Source of the DNA: Gemmatimonadales bacterium
GTDB taxonomy: Bacteria > Gemmatimonadota > Gemmatimonadetes > Gemmatimonadales > GWC2-71-9
Length of the DNA: 39,975 nt
Reading direction: 5' to 3'
Assembly: GCA_041613315.1 (NCBI GenBank)
Contig: JBFJHJ010000030.1
Location: 1 to 39,975, forward strand
Below the pieces are notes generated by a model. That model did no database searches and had not been told where the DNA came from. It saw only the letters and a list, made by a program, of their open reading frames with translations. Below are positions 17,114 to 26,982 of this stretch, piece by piece (within the stretch, counting starts at the first letter, position 1; each line of letters opens with the position of its first letter). A program made the translations under genes and the position numbers.

Positions 17114-18373
17114 TCAGTGGTGTCCGGCTGCCGCCTCCCACTTCGCCACGAGCCGCGGACTCACCATCGGGAAGGCGCGCGCGAAGAGGCCATAGGTCAG
17201 CAGGAACAGCCCCACGAAGCCCGCCGTGATCCCCCACTCCGGGAGGCCGAACGCGGGCCCGTGTTCCGTGAGTGAGGGCTGCACCAACAGGTAGCGTTCG
17301 AGCCAGACGCCGGCGACGCTGATGCTCACGAACAGCACAAACGTCGCTGGCGTGACCTTCGCCTTGACCCAGATCAGGCCCCAGAAGGGAATGAGGAAGA
17401 CCATGAGGCCCACGAGGATCGCGATGGGTCGCCACTCGCCCCAGAGCCGCAGGAAGACGAACGACGTCTCTTCCCGCAAGTTCCCGTACCAGATCACGAG
17501 GAGCTGGCTGTACATCAAGTATGCCCAGAAGATCGAGAAGCCGAACACGAGCTTGCCCAGGTCGTGGAACTGCTGCCGCCCGATGAGCTGTTTCATGCCC
17601 AGCCGGCCGCGCCAGTAGACCATCATCAGCCCCAGCATCGTGAGACCCGTCAGGAACGCCCCCATGAAGAAGAACGCCCCGAACAGGTTGCTGAGCCAAT
17701 ACGGGGCGAGCGACATGATGAGGTCGAACGCGAGGATCGAGAACAGGTACGCGTAGGCCAGGATCAGGACCGGGGCGAGGCGGCTCAAGCGCCGCTCCAG
17801 CCGCTCGACTTGCTCCGGTGCTCCGGTGTAGTCACCCGCGATCCGCTCGTACAGGCGGCGACGCCATCCGGTGACGTGATCCTTGAGTTCCGCCACGTCG
17901 GGCTTCAGATCGTGATACACGAACGCGAGGGAGAGGCCGAACAGGACGAGGAGCGCCGCCAAGTCGCGCCAAAACACCCACGAGACGGTCAGCCAGTTGC
18001 CTCGCGCGGGCGTGGGGTGCTCGATCCACGGGAAGAGGTGATGCTTACCGAGGAAGAGTACGAGGAAGCACACCAATGCCACCGGCAGGAAGCCGGCCGC
18101 GGCTTCCGCGAAGCGGATGATCGAGCCGGCCCAGACGCCTTTGGTGACTTTCTGGATCGCCGCGAAGATGATGGCACCCTGCGCGGCGCCCGTGAAGAAC
18201 AGGAAGTTGATGTGGAACATCCGCCACGCGCGACCGGGGTCGTCGCCCAGCGCCAACGTGGCGAACAGGCCGAGCCCCGCGATGGCGAGCACGGCGCCGG
18301 CCAACAGGAAACCCGACGCCGGCGCGGCGGTGCCGCGAACGAAGATGTCCCGGTGCAGGGAGGTAGCGCTCAT
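17114..18373 (-). CDS. actF: Alternative complex III membrane subunit ActF
   Basis: About 10 TM helices, NrfD-paralogous; DLIMSL.P.W.S...G, HDLGKL.FGF.IFWAY..YSQ...IWYGN..EET; last gene of the act operon. Confidence 0.85.
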   Translation of the reverse strand: MSATSLHRDIFVRGTAAPASGFLLAGAVLAIAGLGLFATLALGDDPGRAWRMFHINFLFFTGAAQGAIIFAAIQKVTKGVWAGSIIRFAEAAAGFLPVALVCFLVLFLGKHHLFPWIEHPTPARGNWLTVSWVFWRDLAALLVLFGLSLAFVYHDLKPDVAELKDHVTGWRRRLYERIAGDYTGAPEQVERLERRLSRLAPVLILAYAYLFSILAFDLIMSLAPYWLSNLFGAFFFMGAFLTGLTMLGLMMVYWRGRLGMKQLIGRQQFHDLGKLVFGFSIFWAYLMYSQLLVIWYGNLREETSFVFLRLWGEWRPIAILVGLMVFLIPFWGLIWVKAKVTPATFVLFVSISVAGVWLERYLLVQPSLTEHGPAFGLPEWGITAGFVGLFLLTYGLFARAFPMVSPRLVAKWEAAAGHH

Positions 18374-18912
18374 TGGGCCGCTCCCTGGAGCACGCGGACG
18401 TAGTTGACGATGTGCCAGCGGTCCTCAGGGCTCAGCTTGCTGCCGTACTCCGGCATGAGGCCGAAGCCGCGCGTCGCGACGGCGTACAGCCAGCCGTCGG
18501 TGGCGCTGCGGACCGTGGGGATGGTGAGATCGCGGATCCCGATCACCTTGTCGGCGACCGGCCCGTCCCCCTGCCCGCCGTCGCCGTGGCACACGCGGCA
18601 ATGGATCTCGTAGCGGTCCTGGCCGCGCTCCAGCGAGGCGGCGGTCCGCGACATCGGGTTGCGGAGCCGCCCCAGCTCGGCCCGGCTCTGCGGGGTCGGG
18701 TTGGGGAACAGCTCGACGCCCGTGATCGGCACGGTTCCCTCGACGGGCATGCGCGGCATCTTGTACGGCTGGATGGCGAGCCCGCGGTGCATCACTGAGA
18801 ACCACGGCACGGCCGCGATCAGGTCGTCGGGGCTGGGGAAGCGGTGCCATTGGTCGCGCGTGCAGCCGACCACCACACCGACCAGCGCCACGAACGCCAG
18901 ACTACGTCTCAA
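18370..18912 (-). CDS. actE: Alternative complex III monoheme cytochrome c lipoprotein ActE
   Basis: Lipobox VVGC; single CRVCH; G.G.MP...RW.IVNYVR.LQ. Confidence 0.85.
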   Translation of the reverse strand: MRRSLAFVALVGVVVGCTRDQWHRFPSPDDLIAAVPWFSVMHRGLAIQPYKMPRMPVEGTVPITGVELFPNPTPQSRAELGRLRNPMSRTAASLERGQDRYEIHCRVCHGDGGQGDGPVADKVIGIRDLTIPTVRSATDGWLYAVATRGFGLMPEYGSKLSPEDRWHIVNYVRVLQGAAQ

Positions 18913-19408
18913 CGCGCACCTCCTCGGCCCCTGCGGACCGGAGGATCTCCTGCACCGCCGGTCGCCGCTCCACCGGGCAGGGGACGAAGATGCCGATCAT
19001 GTCATCGGTGAACCGGGGGTCGTAGCCGGCCGGTCGGGCGTTTCGCCAGGCGTGGAACAGGAGGCCCGCGATCGTCGCGGCGGCACCGAACAGCACGGTC
19101 AGCTCGAAGGCGATGACGACGTAGGGGATGACGGACCCGAGGGGCTTTCCCCCCACCACGATCGGCCAGTCATAGGACATCCACAGCGTCATGGCGAATC
19201 CGGTCACGCAGCCCGTGAGGCCGCCCACCAGCGTCCACAGTCGCACGGGGCTCACCCGGTGGCCCACCGCCGCGTTCACCTCGTGGTTGGGCGCCGGGGT
19301 GTACACGGTGAAGTCTTTGTAGCCCAGGTCCTTGAGGCCACGAATGGCCCGCGTCGCCGCGTCCACGTGCCGGTACGCCGCGAGAAGTCCCCCGGGGGGC
19401 TTGCTCAT
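18902..19408 (-). CDS. actD: Alternative complex III subunit ActD (DUF3341)
   Basis: ATG overlaps the actC stop; YTP.P, WPIVVGGKP, FELTVLF, YDPRFTDD. Confidence 0.85.
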   Translation of the reverse strand: MSKPPGGLLAAYRHVDAATRAIRGLKDLGYKDFTVYTPAPNHEVNAAVGHRVSPVRLWTLVGGLTGCVTGFAMTLWMSYDWPIVVGGKPLGSVIPYVVIAFELTVLFGAAATIAGLLFHAWRNARPAGYDPRFTDDMIGIFVPCPVERRPAVQEILRSAGAEEVRVET

Positions 19409-20757
19409 GTGTGGGCCCTCCCCTTGCGCGGCATCGGGATGATCTCCTTCACCTCGCTGATGGACACGGTCGGGAAGTTCTTGGCGAACAGCAAGAACCA
19501 CGTGAAGAACCACGCGAAACTCCCGCACAGGATCGCCCACTCGACCCAGCTCGGGGTGTAGTGCCCGAAGGCGTACGGTTCGTACTCGTGGGACAGCGAG
19601 ACGACGATGATCACGAACCGTTCGAACCACATGCCGAGGTTGACGAACAAGGAGAGGACGAACATCGCGGGGATGCTCCGCCGCACCTTCCGGAAGATGA
19701 GGAACAGCGGGAGGAACGCGTTACAGATGATCATCGTCCAGGTGGCCCACCAGTAATCGCCGAACGCCCGGTTCCAGAACGCGGCGCGCTCGAACTGGTT
19801 GCCGCTGTACCAGGCGAGGAAGTACTCCGTGGCGTAGGCGTACCCGACGATGAACCCCGTGAGCATCAGGAGCTTCGCCAGGTTGTCGAAGTGATCGCCG
19901 GTGATGTACCGCTCCATGCGGAACACTTTCCGGAGCGGCACCAGCAGCGTCACCACCAAGGCCACGCCGGAGTAGATGGCGCCCGCGACGAAATACGGTG
20001 CGAAGATGGTCGCGTGCCACCCCGGGACGATGGACACGGCGAAGTCCCAGGACACAACGCTGTGCACCGACAGGACGAGCGGCGTGGCGAGTGCGGCGAG
20101 GTAGAGGTACGCCTTCAGGTAGTGCCGCCACTGCTGGTCGGTCCCTCGCCACCCGAGCGCGGTGATCCGGTAGAGCTTCTTGCGCCAGCCGGTGGCCACG
20201 TCCCGCACCGCGGCGATGTCGGGAATGAGCCCCACGATCAGGAACAGGGTGCTCACCGTGAGGTACGTGGACACCGCGAAGACGTCGAAGACCAGCGGCG
20301 ATTTGAAGTTGATCCACAGCTGCCGCTGGTTCGGATACGGAAACAACCAGTAGGCGTACCAGATCCGGCCGATGTGAATGAGGGGGAAGAGCCCCGCGGT
20401 CAATACCGCGAACACCGTCATCGCCTCGGCGGTCCGATAGACCGCGGTGCGCCACGCCGACCGGAAGAGGTAGAGGATCGCCGAGATCAGCGTACCGGAG
20501 TGGGCGATACCGACCCAGAACACGAAGTTCGTGATGTACACGCCCCACATGACCGGCGGCGTATAGCCGGCCACGCCCAACCCGAAGCGGATCTGGTACA
20601 GCAGCGCCCCCACGCCGATGGCCAGGACGGTGAGGACGAACCCGAGCAGGATGTAGTAGCCGCGGGACGGATTGCCGAGGGTCGCGGCGACGTCGCGGGT
20701 GATCTCCGCGTACGTCGGTGGGGTCACGGGCGTCCGGGGCTGCGCGAGCGTCGCCAT
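19405..20757 (-). CDS. actC: Alternative complex III quinol-binding subunit ActC (NrfD/PsrC family)
   Basis: WGVYITNFVFWVGIAHSGTLISAIL, R.AEAMT.FA, HIGR.W, PLVLSVHSVVSWDFA, GWHATIF.PYFVAGAI.SG, GMWFERFVI. Confidence 0.93.
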   Translation of the reverse strand: MATLAQPRTPVTPPTYAEITRDVAATLGNPSRGYYILLGFVLTVLAIGVGALLYQIRFGLGVAGYTPPVMWGVYITNFVFWVGIAHSGTLISAILYLFRSAWRTAVYRTAEAMTVFAVLTAGLFPLIHIGRIWYAYWLFPYPNQRQLWINFKSPLVFDVFAVSTYLTVSTLFLIVGLIPDIAAVRDVATGWRKKLYRITALGWRGTDQQWRHYLKAYLYLAALATPLVLSVHSVVSWDFAVSIVPGWHATIFAPYFVAGAIYSGVALVVTLLVPLRKVFRMERYITGDHFDNLAKLLMLTGFIVGYAYATEYFLAWYSGNQFERAAFWNRAFGDYWWATWTMIICNAFLPLFLIFRKVRRSIPAMFVLSLFVNLGMWFERFVIIVVSLSHEYEPYAFGHYTPSWVEWAILCGSFAWFFTWFLLFAKNFPTVSISEVKEIIPMPRKGRAHT

Positions 20758-20765
20758 CGGCCGGG

Positions 20766-23700
20766 CTATGCCTCCCTCGTGTTGCGCACCTTCTGCAAGT
20801 ACGTGATCGCGGGGCGCGTGTTGAGTTCCTCCAGCACGCGGTAGCCCCGGCGGTCGGCCGCCAAGTCATGGACGCGCGAGGTCGGATCGTTGAGATCGCC
20901 GAACACGATCGCGTCCGACGGACACGTCTGCTGGCAGGCCGTCACGACGTCTCCGTCGCGGAGGGGCCGGTCGGCGAGCCGAGCCTCGTGCTGGACGCCC
21001 CGGATCCGCTGCACGCAGAACGTGCATTTCTCCATGACGCCCTTGGCACGCACCGTCACGTCCGGGTTGAGCAACCAATGGAGCGGCTCGGGCCAGGCGA
21101 AGGTCGGATCCTGCGGCGCCTGGTAGTCGAACCAGTTGAAGTACCGCACCTTGTACGGGCAGTTGTTGGAGCAGTAGCGTGTGCCGACGCAGCGGTTGTA
21201 GACCTGGGCGTTGAGCCCGTCGGGCGTGTGGTACGCCGCAAACACCGGACAGACGGGTTCGCACGGTGCGTTGCCGCAGTGCTGACACAGCATCGGGATC
21301 ACGCGTGTCTCGAGGGGCTCGCCGTGCTCGCCACCCTCGAAGTAGCGCTCGATCCGCAGCCACGACATCTCGCGCCCGTGCCGCACCAGCGCAGGGCCCA
21401 CGGTGGGGATGTTGTTCTCGGCGTAGCAGGCCGTGACGCACGCGCTGCAACCCGTGCACCGGGAGAGATCGATCGCCATCGCCCAGCGCGGATGCTCTCC
21501 GGCGTAGTTCCCGCGCCGCGCTTCCGCGTATTGCGCCTCCTGCCACTCGTCGAGGATGTGCTCGATGCGCTCGGGCACGGGCGCCGCGTGCGCGGCGTGT
21601 TCCTCGTGCGCGGCCTCCGGCGTCTCGGATCCCACCAGCGCGCCGAGCGTCGTGGCACGCGCGATCCCGCGTCCCATCTGGCGGTTCCGCCCCTCCGTCT
21701 TGGCCAACCGCTCGTGACGGCCCGTGTTCCGGATCGTGACCGCGGCGTAGTGGGCCACGCCGCCAAAGGCCATTGGCTCCGCCGATAGGAGGTGGTACAC
21801 GTTCGCCCCGCGCCCCTGCGCGTACCGGCCAAACGCCGTATGGCCCTGCCCCGTCGGCATCGCGACCACGTCTTCGCGGAGACCGGGATAGAGATACGCG
21901 GGCGCCGTGACGGTCCCCGCTGCGGACGTCACTTCCACGAAGTCGCCTTCGGCGATCCCGAGGCGGCGCGCGGTCGCCGGATGGATCTCGACCCAGGTGC
22001 TCCAGGTGACTTTGGTCACCGGGTCGGGCAGCTCCTGGAGCCACGGGCGGTTGGCCCCGCGCCCATCGTGCAGCACCGGTGACGGGTAGGCGATCAGCGT
22101 GAACGGTTCGTCCGGGGCGGCCCAGATCGTCGCCTCTCCGATCGCGCCCGCCGCGCCGATGCCCAAGCGGACGGGACGCGGCGGGGACTCGGTCACGATC
22201 CCGCCGCGCTGCAGCGCCTCCGCCCAGAACACGTCGAACGGTTGCGAATTGCGCAGGCGGCGCTGGAGGGCCTGCCACGACTGCTGCAGGTACTCCTTGT
22301 AGCTGCCGGCGGTGAACCGCGCGCCCACGCGGCCACCCATCCGCCGGGCCATGGCGAGCAGGATGTCGCCGGTCTGCCGCGTGTCGAACACCGGCTGCAT
22401 CACGGGCTGCTGGAGGGCCGTCACGTTCGCCCGTGGCTCCGCGTCGTTCCACTGCTCCAGGGGATCGTGATCCGGCAGGATGAGATGGGCCGCCATCGCC
22501 GTCTCATCCAGGAACCGCGCGAAGCTGACCGTGAAGCCGACCCGGCCCATCGCGTCCGTGAACCCGAGTCCGGCGGGCGAGGCGTAGGCCGGGTTGGCCC
22601 CATGCACCAGGAGCACGCCCACCCGCCCCTCGCGCATCGCGCGCGTCAGGTCCGCGAGATCGCCGTAGCCGCCGCCGAACGCCACGGTCGGCTCGGGACC
22701 GAAGCGCACCGTGCGACCGACGTTGCCCGCCACGTAGTTGAGCACGTTCACCGCGGCGGCGGTGACGTGCGCCTGCGGGTGCTGGGCGCCGATGCCGCCG
22801 GCGACCGCGAGGCTCGGTCCGGCCGCGAACTCGCGCGCCAATCGCTCGATCGTCTCGACCGCAACGCCGGTGCGTGCCGCCGCCCCCTGGGGCGTGTGGG
22901 CGGCCAGGAGGGCGCGGAGGCGAAGCGCATCAGGCGGCACCGCCGCGCCGCGGTCGCGCATGATGATGTGAGCGAGGGCCAGCGCCAGGAGCGCCTCGCT
23001 CCCGGGGACGGGTGCGATCCACTCGTCCGCACTCATCGCCGTCATGCTCATCCGGGGCTCGATGTGGACGTAGCGTCCCATCCGGCCCTCGGCGAAGCCG
23101 TGGCCCGCACTGAAGCCGCGGGCGTGCTCCACCGGGCTCACCCAGGTCTCGAGGAAATCGGTTCCAAAGGAGAGGACGTACGTCGCGGCGGCGAAATCGT
23201 AAGTCGGGAGGGCGCTGACGTTGAACACGTCCCGGTTCGCGCGGCGCAGCGCTTCGTACGCGAAGGGCTCGTGCACGACGCGCCGATTGGAGCGGAGCCC
23301 GTTCAGCCACTCGTCCACCAGTCGGTCGAACGTGCCCGTCTCGTGGCCGGTGACGAACCAGATCTGGTCGCCCGACGCGGCGGCGAGCCGCTCGGCGAGC
23401 CGGGCGATCGCCTCATCCCACGTGATCGGCTCGAACCGGCCGTCCGCCGTCCGGGCCATCGGCCCGCGCACGCGGTCGGGATTGTACAGGCCCTGGAGCG
23501 ACGCCTGCCCACGCGCGCACAGCCGGCCCCGATTCACGGGGCTTTCGGGATTGCCCTCCACCTTGACGGCACGGCCTTCCCGCACGCGGACGTGCAGCCC
23601 GCAGCCGGCTGGGCACTCCCGGCACGTCGTCGCATAGTAGGTCGCCACCCCGGGCACCTGATGCTCGGGAGGGACGAGGTACGGAATCAGTTTCTCGACT

Positions 23701-23792
23701 TGGTCGGTGGAGCAGCCAGCGAGCGCCGCTGTGCCGCCCCCGGTCACCCCAAGCACCTCGAGAAATCGCCTGCGGTCCATTCCACGACTCAT
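20766..23792 (-). CDS. actB: Alternative complex III subunit ActB (Tat-exported molybdopterin-oxidoreductase-like domain fused to a 4Fe-4S polyferredoxin domain)
   Basis: DRRRFL Tat motif and LAGC lipobox; KVEGNP.SP, WLQELPDP.TK.TW; C-terminal CTGCSAC..AC, CQHC..APC..VC, CVGTRYC.NNCPY, KCTFC...C...C. Confidence 0.92.
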   Translation of the reverse strand: MSRGMDRRRFLEVLGVTGGGTAALAGCSTDQVEKLIPYLVPPEHQVPGVATYYATTCRECPAGCGLHVRVREGRAVKVEGNPESPVNRGRLCARGQASLQGLYNPDRVRGPMARTADGRFEPITWDEAIARLAERLAAASGDQIWFVTGHETGTFDRLVDEWLNGLRSNRRVVHEPFAYEALRRANRDVFNVSALPTYDFAAATYVLSFGTDFLETWVSPVEHARGFSAGHGFAEGRMGRYVHIEPRMSMTAMSADEWIAPVPGSEALLALALAHIIMRDRGAAVPPDALRLRALLAAHTPQGAAARTGVAVETIERLAREFAAGPSLAVAGGIGAQHPQAHVTAAAVNVLNYVAGNVGRTVRFGPEPTVAFGGGYGDLADLTRAMREGRVGVLLVHGANPAYASPAGLGFTDAMGRVGFTVSFARFLDETAMAAHLILPDHDPLEQWNDAEPRANVTALQQPVMQPVFDTRQTGDILLAMARRMGGRVGARFTAGSYKEYLQQSWQALQRRLRNSQPFDVFWAEALQRGGIVTESPPRPVRLGIGAAGAIGEATIWAAPDEPFTLIAYPSPVLHDGRGANRPWLQELPDPVTKVTWSTWVEIHPATARRLGIAEGDFVEVTSAAGTVTAPAYLYPGLREDVVAMPTGQGHTAFGRYAQGRGANVYHLLSAEPMAFGGVAHYAAVTIRNTGRHERLAKTEGRNRQMGRGIARATTLGALVGSETPEAAHEEHAAHAAPVPERIEHILDEWQEAQYAEARRGNYAGEHPRWAMAIDLSRCTGCSACVTACYAENNIPTVGPALVRHGREMSWLRIERYFEGGEHGEPLETRVIPMLCQHCGNAPCEPVCPVFAAYHTPDGLNAQVYNRCVGTRYCSNNCPYKVRYFNWFDYQAPQDPTFAWPEPLHWLLNPDVTVRAKGVMEKCTFCVQRIRGVQHEARLADRPLRDGDVVTACQQTCPSDAIVFGDLNDPTSRVHDLAADRRGYRVLEELNTRPAITYLQKVRNTREA

Positions 23793-23850
23793 GTCGGCCG
23801 TCCGCACTTCGTGCGCCCGAGCGTATGCCAGCGAGCGTGCATCGGCGGGG

Positions 23851-24429
23851 CTAGTAGTGACACACCGTGCATTCGGTAGTGACGTCTTCCTCGTGATGGC
23901 AGTCCAGGCACCATCCCATCTTGAGCGATGCGTACTGATACACCTGCGGCATCCGCTCAATCGGGCCGTGGCAATCCTGGCATGTCAGGTCCGCCGCCAC
24001 GTGCAGGTTGTGCGGGAATTGGACGAACGGCGGGAGCCGGTGGATCTCGATCCACTCGATGGGGCGACCTTCGTTGTACGCCGCCCGCACCTTCTCCACC
24101 TCGGGATTGCCGGCGCCCGCCACCAGATGACAGCCCATGCAGGTGGACAACGTGGGCATCCCCGGGCTGCGGCTGACCTCGGCGGCGAAGTGACAGTACC
24201 GGCAGTCCATCTCGTACTGACCCGCGTGGATGTCGTGGCGGTAGAAGACCGGCTGCTTCGGACCCGGAAGCCGTGCCGTATCTACATCCACTGGCGCGAC
24301 GTAGGCCGAGCGCGCGGCCGTGGTGTCCTGTTGGGCGCGCAGTCCGGCACTCGGTGCGCCGTAGCGCAGGGCCACGAGCGCGGCGCCCACCCCGAGCACG
24401 CCGGCGGCCAGCAGCACGCGCTTCGTCAT
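23851..24429 (-). CDS. actA: Alternative complex III pentaheme cytochrome c ActA
   Basis: N-terminal TM anchor; five CxxCH motifs (CRYCH, CMGCH, CQDCH, CLDCH, CTVCH); QP..Y.H..HAG and MGWCLDCH. Confidence 0.9.
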   Translation of the reverse strand: MTKRVLLAAGVLGVGAALVALRYGAPSAGLRAQQDTTAARSAYVAPVDVDTARLPGPKQPVFYRHDIHAGQYEMDCRYCHFAAEVSRSPGMPTLSTCMGCHLVAGAGNPEVEKVRAAYNEGRPIEWIEIHRLPPFVQFPHNLHVAADLTCQDCHGPIERMPQVYQYASLKMGWCLDCHHEEDVTTECTVCHY

Positions 24430-24576
24430 GTCACACCCGTCCCAAGCATGTAGCGGCTCCGTTCGGCGGACCCCCGTCGTCGACTGCGAGGCGCTGCACT
24501 GCGATTGTGAGAGCTTACGGCTCGTGAATCGGTCGCCGAAGAGATGCCGGCGGCTAGCCGGCGCGCAACCGCACGT

Positions 24577-24604
24577 AAAATACTCGCTGACGCGTGGCGC
24601 ACAA
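24577..24604 (-). promoter_or_regulatory. Possible sigma70-type promoter of the act operon
   Basis: On the - strand, TTGTGC-N16-TATTTT in the only sizeable gap upstream of actA. Confidence 0.25.
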
Positions 24605-24613
24605 CCACCGATC

Positions 24614-25777
24614 CTAGCGCTCCGCCTGCCAACACAGCGTCGCCCGATCCGCTACCACCAGAGCCGGACGCGCGGTGGGGACCGCCATGGTCCCGTCCGA
24701 GGCCATGGTCAACGCGACGAGATCCGTGCCGGGTGCAAACCAGCGATCGCTGGGCTCGAGATCGGACGGATAGACGAACCCGCCGTGCCCCGCGAGGGCC
24801 AACATCGCCTGCGCTCCGAGCCCCGTTTCGGGCATCGTGCCGGCCCACAGCTCCGCCCCGACGCCTGCCGCCCGTGCGTAGATCCGGCACGCTTCCTCGA
24901 GGCCACCGACACGCTGGATCTTGAGGTTCCATAGGCGAGGGCCCGCCAGGGCGAGCACCTGACGCGCGACGTCATCGGACGTGAGGCTCTCATCGAGGCA
25001 CACCGGCGTGCCGAGCCGGCGCCCCAGCACCGCGAGGTCGGCCAGCGCGTCCTCGGGGAACGGCTGCTCGAGGTAGAGCAACCCCAGGCCGTCCAGCCGC
25101 TCGAGGTCGCCCGCGTGCCGCTCGGGGTGGTACGCGCCGTTCGCATCGGCGGTCAGCGGGACGGACCAGCCACCGGCGGCGATCGCCTCCCGAGCCGCCC
25201 GGATCGGCTCCACGTCCCACCCCGGCCGCACCTTGAGCTTGACGCGATGGTAGCCGCGCGCACACGCCGTCCGGACCTGCGCGACCAGTCGATCCAGGTC
25301 CCCGCCTTCCGGGATGCCCAGTGCGACACCGCAGGCGATGCGGGCCCGCCGCTCGCCCCACGGCCCGGAAACGCCCAACTCGGCGAGCCGGCGGGTCACC
25401 AGCTCCGCCAGCGCTACGCCTTCGCGCGCCGCCCACAGATCCCACCACGCCGTTTCCACACCGGCCCGCGCCATGCGATTGCCACGGATACCGTCGCTCA
25501 GCACCTCGGTGAGTTCGGCCGGGCCGGCGATCGGGCGCCCCAGCACCCGCGGCAACAGCCAATCGATGAGGCAGGCGCGCGCCGATGCGCGCGTTTCCGC
25601 GGAGTAAAACGGCGCCTCGAACGGCGCCGATTCGCCATAGCCGATGTGGCCAGCGCTGTCGCTCAGCTCGACGATGAGTGAGCGCCGCTCCCGCATGGTG
25701 CCACCGCTCAATGCAAACGGCTCCACCAGCGGAAGACACACGTCGAAGAGCCGGGCCCGACTCACGACGACCGGCAT
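24614..25777 (-). CDS. Enolase-superfamily o-succinylbenzoate synthase / N-acylamino acid racemase-like enzyme
   Basis: GYGE....P.YS.ET, RGNRMA, catalytic KLKV, metal ligands DAN/EQP/DES, NLK..RVGG, G.M.ETG, PSD. No men genes in the window. Confidence 0.85.
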   Translation of the reverse strand: MPVVVSRARLFDVCLPLVEPFALSGGTMRERRSLIVELSDSAGHIGYGESAPFEAPFYSAETRASARACLIDWLLPRVLGRPIAGPAELTEVLSDGIRGNRMARAGVETAWWDLWAAREGVALAELVTRRLAELGVSGPWGERRARIACGVALGIPEGGDLDRLVAQVRTACARGYHRVKLKVRPGWDVEPIRAAREAIAAGGWSVPLTADANGAYHPERHAGDLERLDGLGLLYLEQPFPEDALADLAVLGRRLGTPVCLDESLTSDDVARQVLALAGPRLWNLKIQRVGGLEEACRIYARAAGVGAELWAGTMPETGLGAQAMLALAGHGGFVYPSDLEPSDRWFAPGTDLVALTMASDGTMAVPTARPALVVADRATLCWQAER

Positions 25778-26982
25778 CACGCTCTCAGAACGTCGAGAAA
25801 GCACACCCGCCCGTCCCGACGGTCGAGCCGACCGGCCTCGTGCAGATGCTGAAGCCACACTGCGAGCCCCTTGGTGGGGTGCAGCAGAAGGGTGTGGAGT
25901 GCCCGGGCCGACCGCGTGCCGCCGCTCGCCGTGTACTCTCGGAGCGGCAGCTGAAAGAACGTGTGCACTTGACCGCTCGTGCAGCCTCGCAGGGCGTACT
26001 CCAGCATCATGCGGCCGGAGCCGATGTTGCCGGTGCCGCAGAGCGGCGGCCGTGCGCCGCCCACGGCCGCGGGCAGCCGGTCCAGCACGCGGAGGTTACG
26101 GTCGCTCAGCTCCCACCCGCCGAAGGCGATGCCCGCCGTCGCATCGAACAGGCGGTTGAACGCGACCAGAAAGGCCGGAGGTGGGCTCGCCCCCGCGAGG
26201 GTACGAACCATGTCCACCTGGAAGTCGTCGTCGAACAGCGCGTTCATCACCTTGACTCCCAGGCGCGTGCGTCCCGGTGCCGCCGCTTCCACCAGTCGCG
26301 GGACACCCTGCAGCCACGCCCGAATCGCGCCGCGGTCGGCCGCCCGCGGATCGGCGGCGAGCGTGGGACTCAGGTCCTTCTCGAGCACCATGGGGCCGCC
26401 GCAGCCGACCCGGTCCCACACCTCGAGCAACGCGCGGGTCGTGTGCTCGTATTCCTCGACGCGCACCGGCTCGTCCGGGTTCGCCGGCAGGTGGTACTTG
26501 ACCGACGGCACGACCGGCATGTCGGTCGCCCGCGCCGCCGCCACGGCCTCACCGAAGAACGTCAGGTAGTCGGAGAGCGAGCCTGACCAGCCCCGCCCTT
26601 TCCACGTGACGGTCCAGCCACTCCGACCGTCCGGCGCGATGCGCTGCTCGACGCGCATGCGCCGCTCGGGCACCGTCCACGCGTTCATCGCGCGCTCGCC
26701 CGACGGCGCCTCCGCGATCACGGTCTTGAGGACGACGAACGCGACACCCGCCGCGGCGTCGGCTTCGATCTGCCGCACGTTGAGGGAGAGTTGGCCGGAG
26801 CCTTTGCCGAACGGATGCGGGAGATCGATGCCGGCGTACCGCGCCGAGAGGTCGATCCCCAGCTCCTCGCGGACGAGGGCGGCGAGGCCGGACGGCGGGG
26901 CGCGCCGGGTGCGCTCGCGCAGCGCGTCCAGCCGCCGCCGCCACGCCGCGGCAACCTCGGGACGGGGGGGAAGCTGGATCAC
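25777..26982 (-). CDS. Dihydroorotate/dihydropyrimidine-dehydrogenase-like FMN TIM-barrel protein (divergent)
   Basis: IDLS.RYAGI.LPHPFGKGSG, VVLKT, FN, GG.ELS, GTGNI.SG and G....QVHT follow the DHOD/PreA pattern; GTGA overlap. Confidence 0.6.
   Translation of the reverse strand: MIQLPPRPEVAAAWRRRLDALRERTRRAPPSGLAALVREELGIDLSARYAGIDLPHPFGKGSGQLSLNVRQIEADAAAGVAFVVLKTVIAEAPSGERAMNAWTVPERRMRVEQRIAPDGRSGWTVTWKGRGWSGSLSDYLTFFGEAVAAARATDMPVVPSVKYHLPANPDEPVRVEEYEHTTRALLEVWDRVGCGGPMVLEKDLSPTLAADPRAADRGAIRAWLQGVPRLVEAAAPGRTRLGVKVMNALFDDDFQVDMVRTLAGASPPPAFLVAFNRLFDATAGIAFGGWELSDRNLRVLDRLPAAVGGARPPLCGTGNIGSGRMMLEYALRGCTSGQVHTFFQLPLREYTASGGTRSARALHTLLLHPTKGLAVWLQHLHEAGRLDRRDGRVCFLDVLRA

Noticed and set aside
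20766..24429. Alternative call as nitrite reductase Nrf or polysulfide reductase
   Set aside because: The fused Mo-like/Fe-S subunit plus DUF3341, monoheme lipoprotein and a second NrfD-like subunit in A-B-C-D-E-F order is the ACIII signature.
24505..24540. Rex-like half sites (TTGTGAG..., TCGTGAA...) upstream of actA
   Set aside because: The right halves do not match TTCACAA; too degenerate to call without a genome-trained matrix.
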